This document shows positions 62,635-64,000 of a stretch of DNA of 64,000 nucleotides, in pieces. Positions within the stretch are counted from its first letter, which is position 1, and each line of letters begins with the position of its first letter. Where the stretch lies: IMG/VR virus record IMGVR_UViG_3300028888_000109. One strand, written 5' to 3'. This stretch comes from an uncultured virus (IMG/VR IMGVR_UViG_3300028888_000109) (lineage: Duplodnaviria > Heunggongvirae > Uroviricota > Caudoviricetes). Under the pieces are notes generated by a model that saw only the letters and a list, made by a program, of their open reading frames with translations, searched no databases and was not told the origin of the DNA. Made by a program: the position numbers and the translations under genes.

Positions 62635-63754
62635 TATATATTCTGAAATTCATAAAGAAGTTGAAAAAAGATTCAATAAGAAGAATTTTTTCAAGTTTGG
62701 TATGATATCATTAGATAGGACAAAAAATCCTATTGAAATTGATAATCTAATTAAATTACCATTTGAAACAAATTTTGGATTTCATATTCATATTATAAAA
62801 GGAGAAAAAATTGAACTATATTATACTCATAAATTTGATGATAGAAAACATGTAATATATTCTGCGTATTTCTATAAAAATCCTAAATTTGAATCTGAAT
62901 CAATAGGATATGAAGAATTAGATTCACTTTTAGAAAAAAATCAAATACAAATAAAGAATTTTGAGTATGAACCATCATTATATTGTGCATCAGATTTAGT
63001 AGATGCTTTTATGCAATTTAAAGATTATATTTTATCAGCTGAAAAATATTATGAGAATAAAAAAATAGCTGATAAATTATATGAAGAAATGAAAAGAAAT
63101 GAATATAAAGTTTTTAGATAATGACTCAAGAATTACAAGATTTTTTATTTGGAAAAAATAATCATTCTAAAAAAGAATGTTTAGATAAGATAAATGAAGA
63201 AATGTCTGAAAATATTAAATTATTCAATAAAGGTGATTTAACATTTGAAGAGTTTCATTGGGTTCAAGGTGAATTAGTAAAATTAAAAAATGAATTAGGT
63301 TTATAAATGCCACAGGTTCAATTATAATTATATAGATGAAAATCTTTATTAAATAAATATTTACCATCATCAGTGGGCTTTCTGGTATATTTAGTGTGCC
63401 TAATTAAATATAAATAAATGTTAAAAGAAGTTAATGAATTTATATATTGTAAAATATTGTGCAAATGAATGTGATGATTTAGGATATGATTCCCCATACC
63501 CAATATATTATTCATTAAATGAAAATAGAGCTCGTAATTTCTTTGAAATGAAAAGAGTGGAAGCTATTGATCATTTTAATGAATTTATAAATAAACACCC
63601 ACAATATCAAAATAATGAAGATTATTGTATTGAGAAAAATTCAACAAATGAATTAGAATATAATATGGGTAAGTGGTTTTATAGATATGAATTTTGTGAA
63701 GATGAAATGGATACTGATTTAAGATGGAAGAACTATTCAGCTTACATTGAATAA
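62612..63754 (+). other. Hypothetical ORFs (62612-63121, 63121-63306, 63434-63754)
   Basis: + strand ORFs. Confidence 0.6.
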
Positions 63755-63757
63755 ATA

Positions 63758-63781
63758 ATGGGTAGACATTAGTCTACCCAT
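63758..63781. terminator. Hairpin between convergent transcription units
   Basis: ATGGGTAGAC-ATTA-GTCTACCCAT. Confidence 0.7.
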
Positions 63782-64000
63782 ATTGCTTTATATTTTTTTA
63801 ATATTTCTTTTCTTTTTCAAATTCTCGAATTTCTTCTTCTGTAAATTCACCTTTTCTATATCTTAATAGTTTTTCTATAATTTGAGAAGCATAAGGTTCT
63901 TTTACAATTATTGTTTTTTTATGATCAAATCCTAACATAATAATTTATTTTAAGTTACTAATAGCATCACTAAATAAATAAGATCCACCACAATCTTCCC

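Noticed and set aside
1..64000. Stop-codon reassignment (TAG to Gln, as in Lak/crAss-like phages)
   Set aside because: Long conserved genes are intact in code 11, and TAG ends genes at sensible boundaries (e.g. 5692, 51289).
1..64000. tRNA or rRNA genes
   Set aside because: Intergenic gaps are short and AT-rich, and no cloverleaf was seen by eye. A tRNAscan/Infernal run would be needed to exclude them.

Overview
Very AT-rich, gene-dense segment of a large (jumbo-type) T4-like myovirus genome read in standard code 11. The host is probably Bacteroidota: there are no Shine-Dalgarno motifs, and MnmA, ClpX and a signal peptide look Bacteroidales-like (inference). Recognisable genes are tail sheath and tube, UvsW-like helicase, family-B DNA polymerase, two-subunit type II topoisomerase, two DNA methyltransferases, two sigma-70-family factors, ClpX, MnmA, NADAR and macrodomain ADP-ribosylhydrolases, glycosyltransferases, a radical SAM enzyme and many small hypothetical ORFs. 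The standout is a ~10 kb operon (15279-25200) of 20 tandem, otherwise unrelated genes. Nineteen start with the same 10-residue leader, M-K-D-I-x-x-(Y/F)-(I/L)-x-E followed by S/A, and the first has a 9-residue version. The leader resembles the T4 internal-protein capsid-targeting sequence cut by the prohead protease. The first gene of the array is a sigma factor, and a conserved TTGAAW-N16-TATATT promoter precedes it and several early-type gene clusters. This suggests a large cassette of virion-packaged, injected effectors that includes a packaged sigma factor. All family assignments come from motif recognition by eye; no database search was run.
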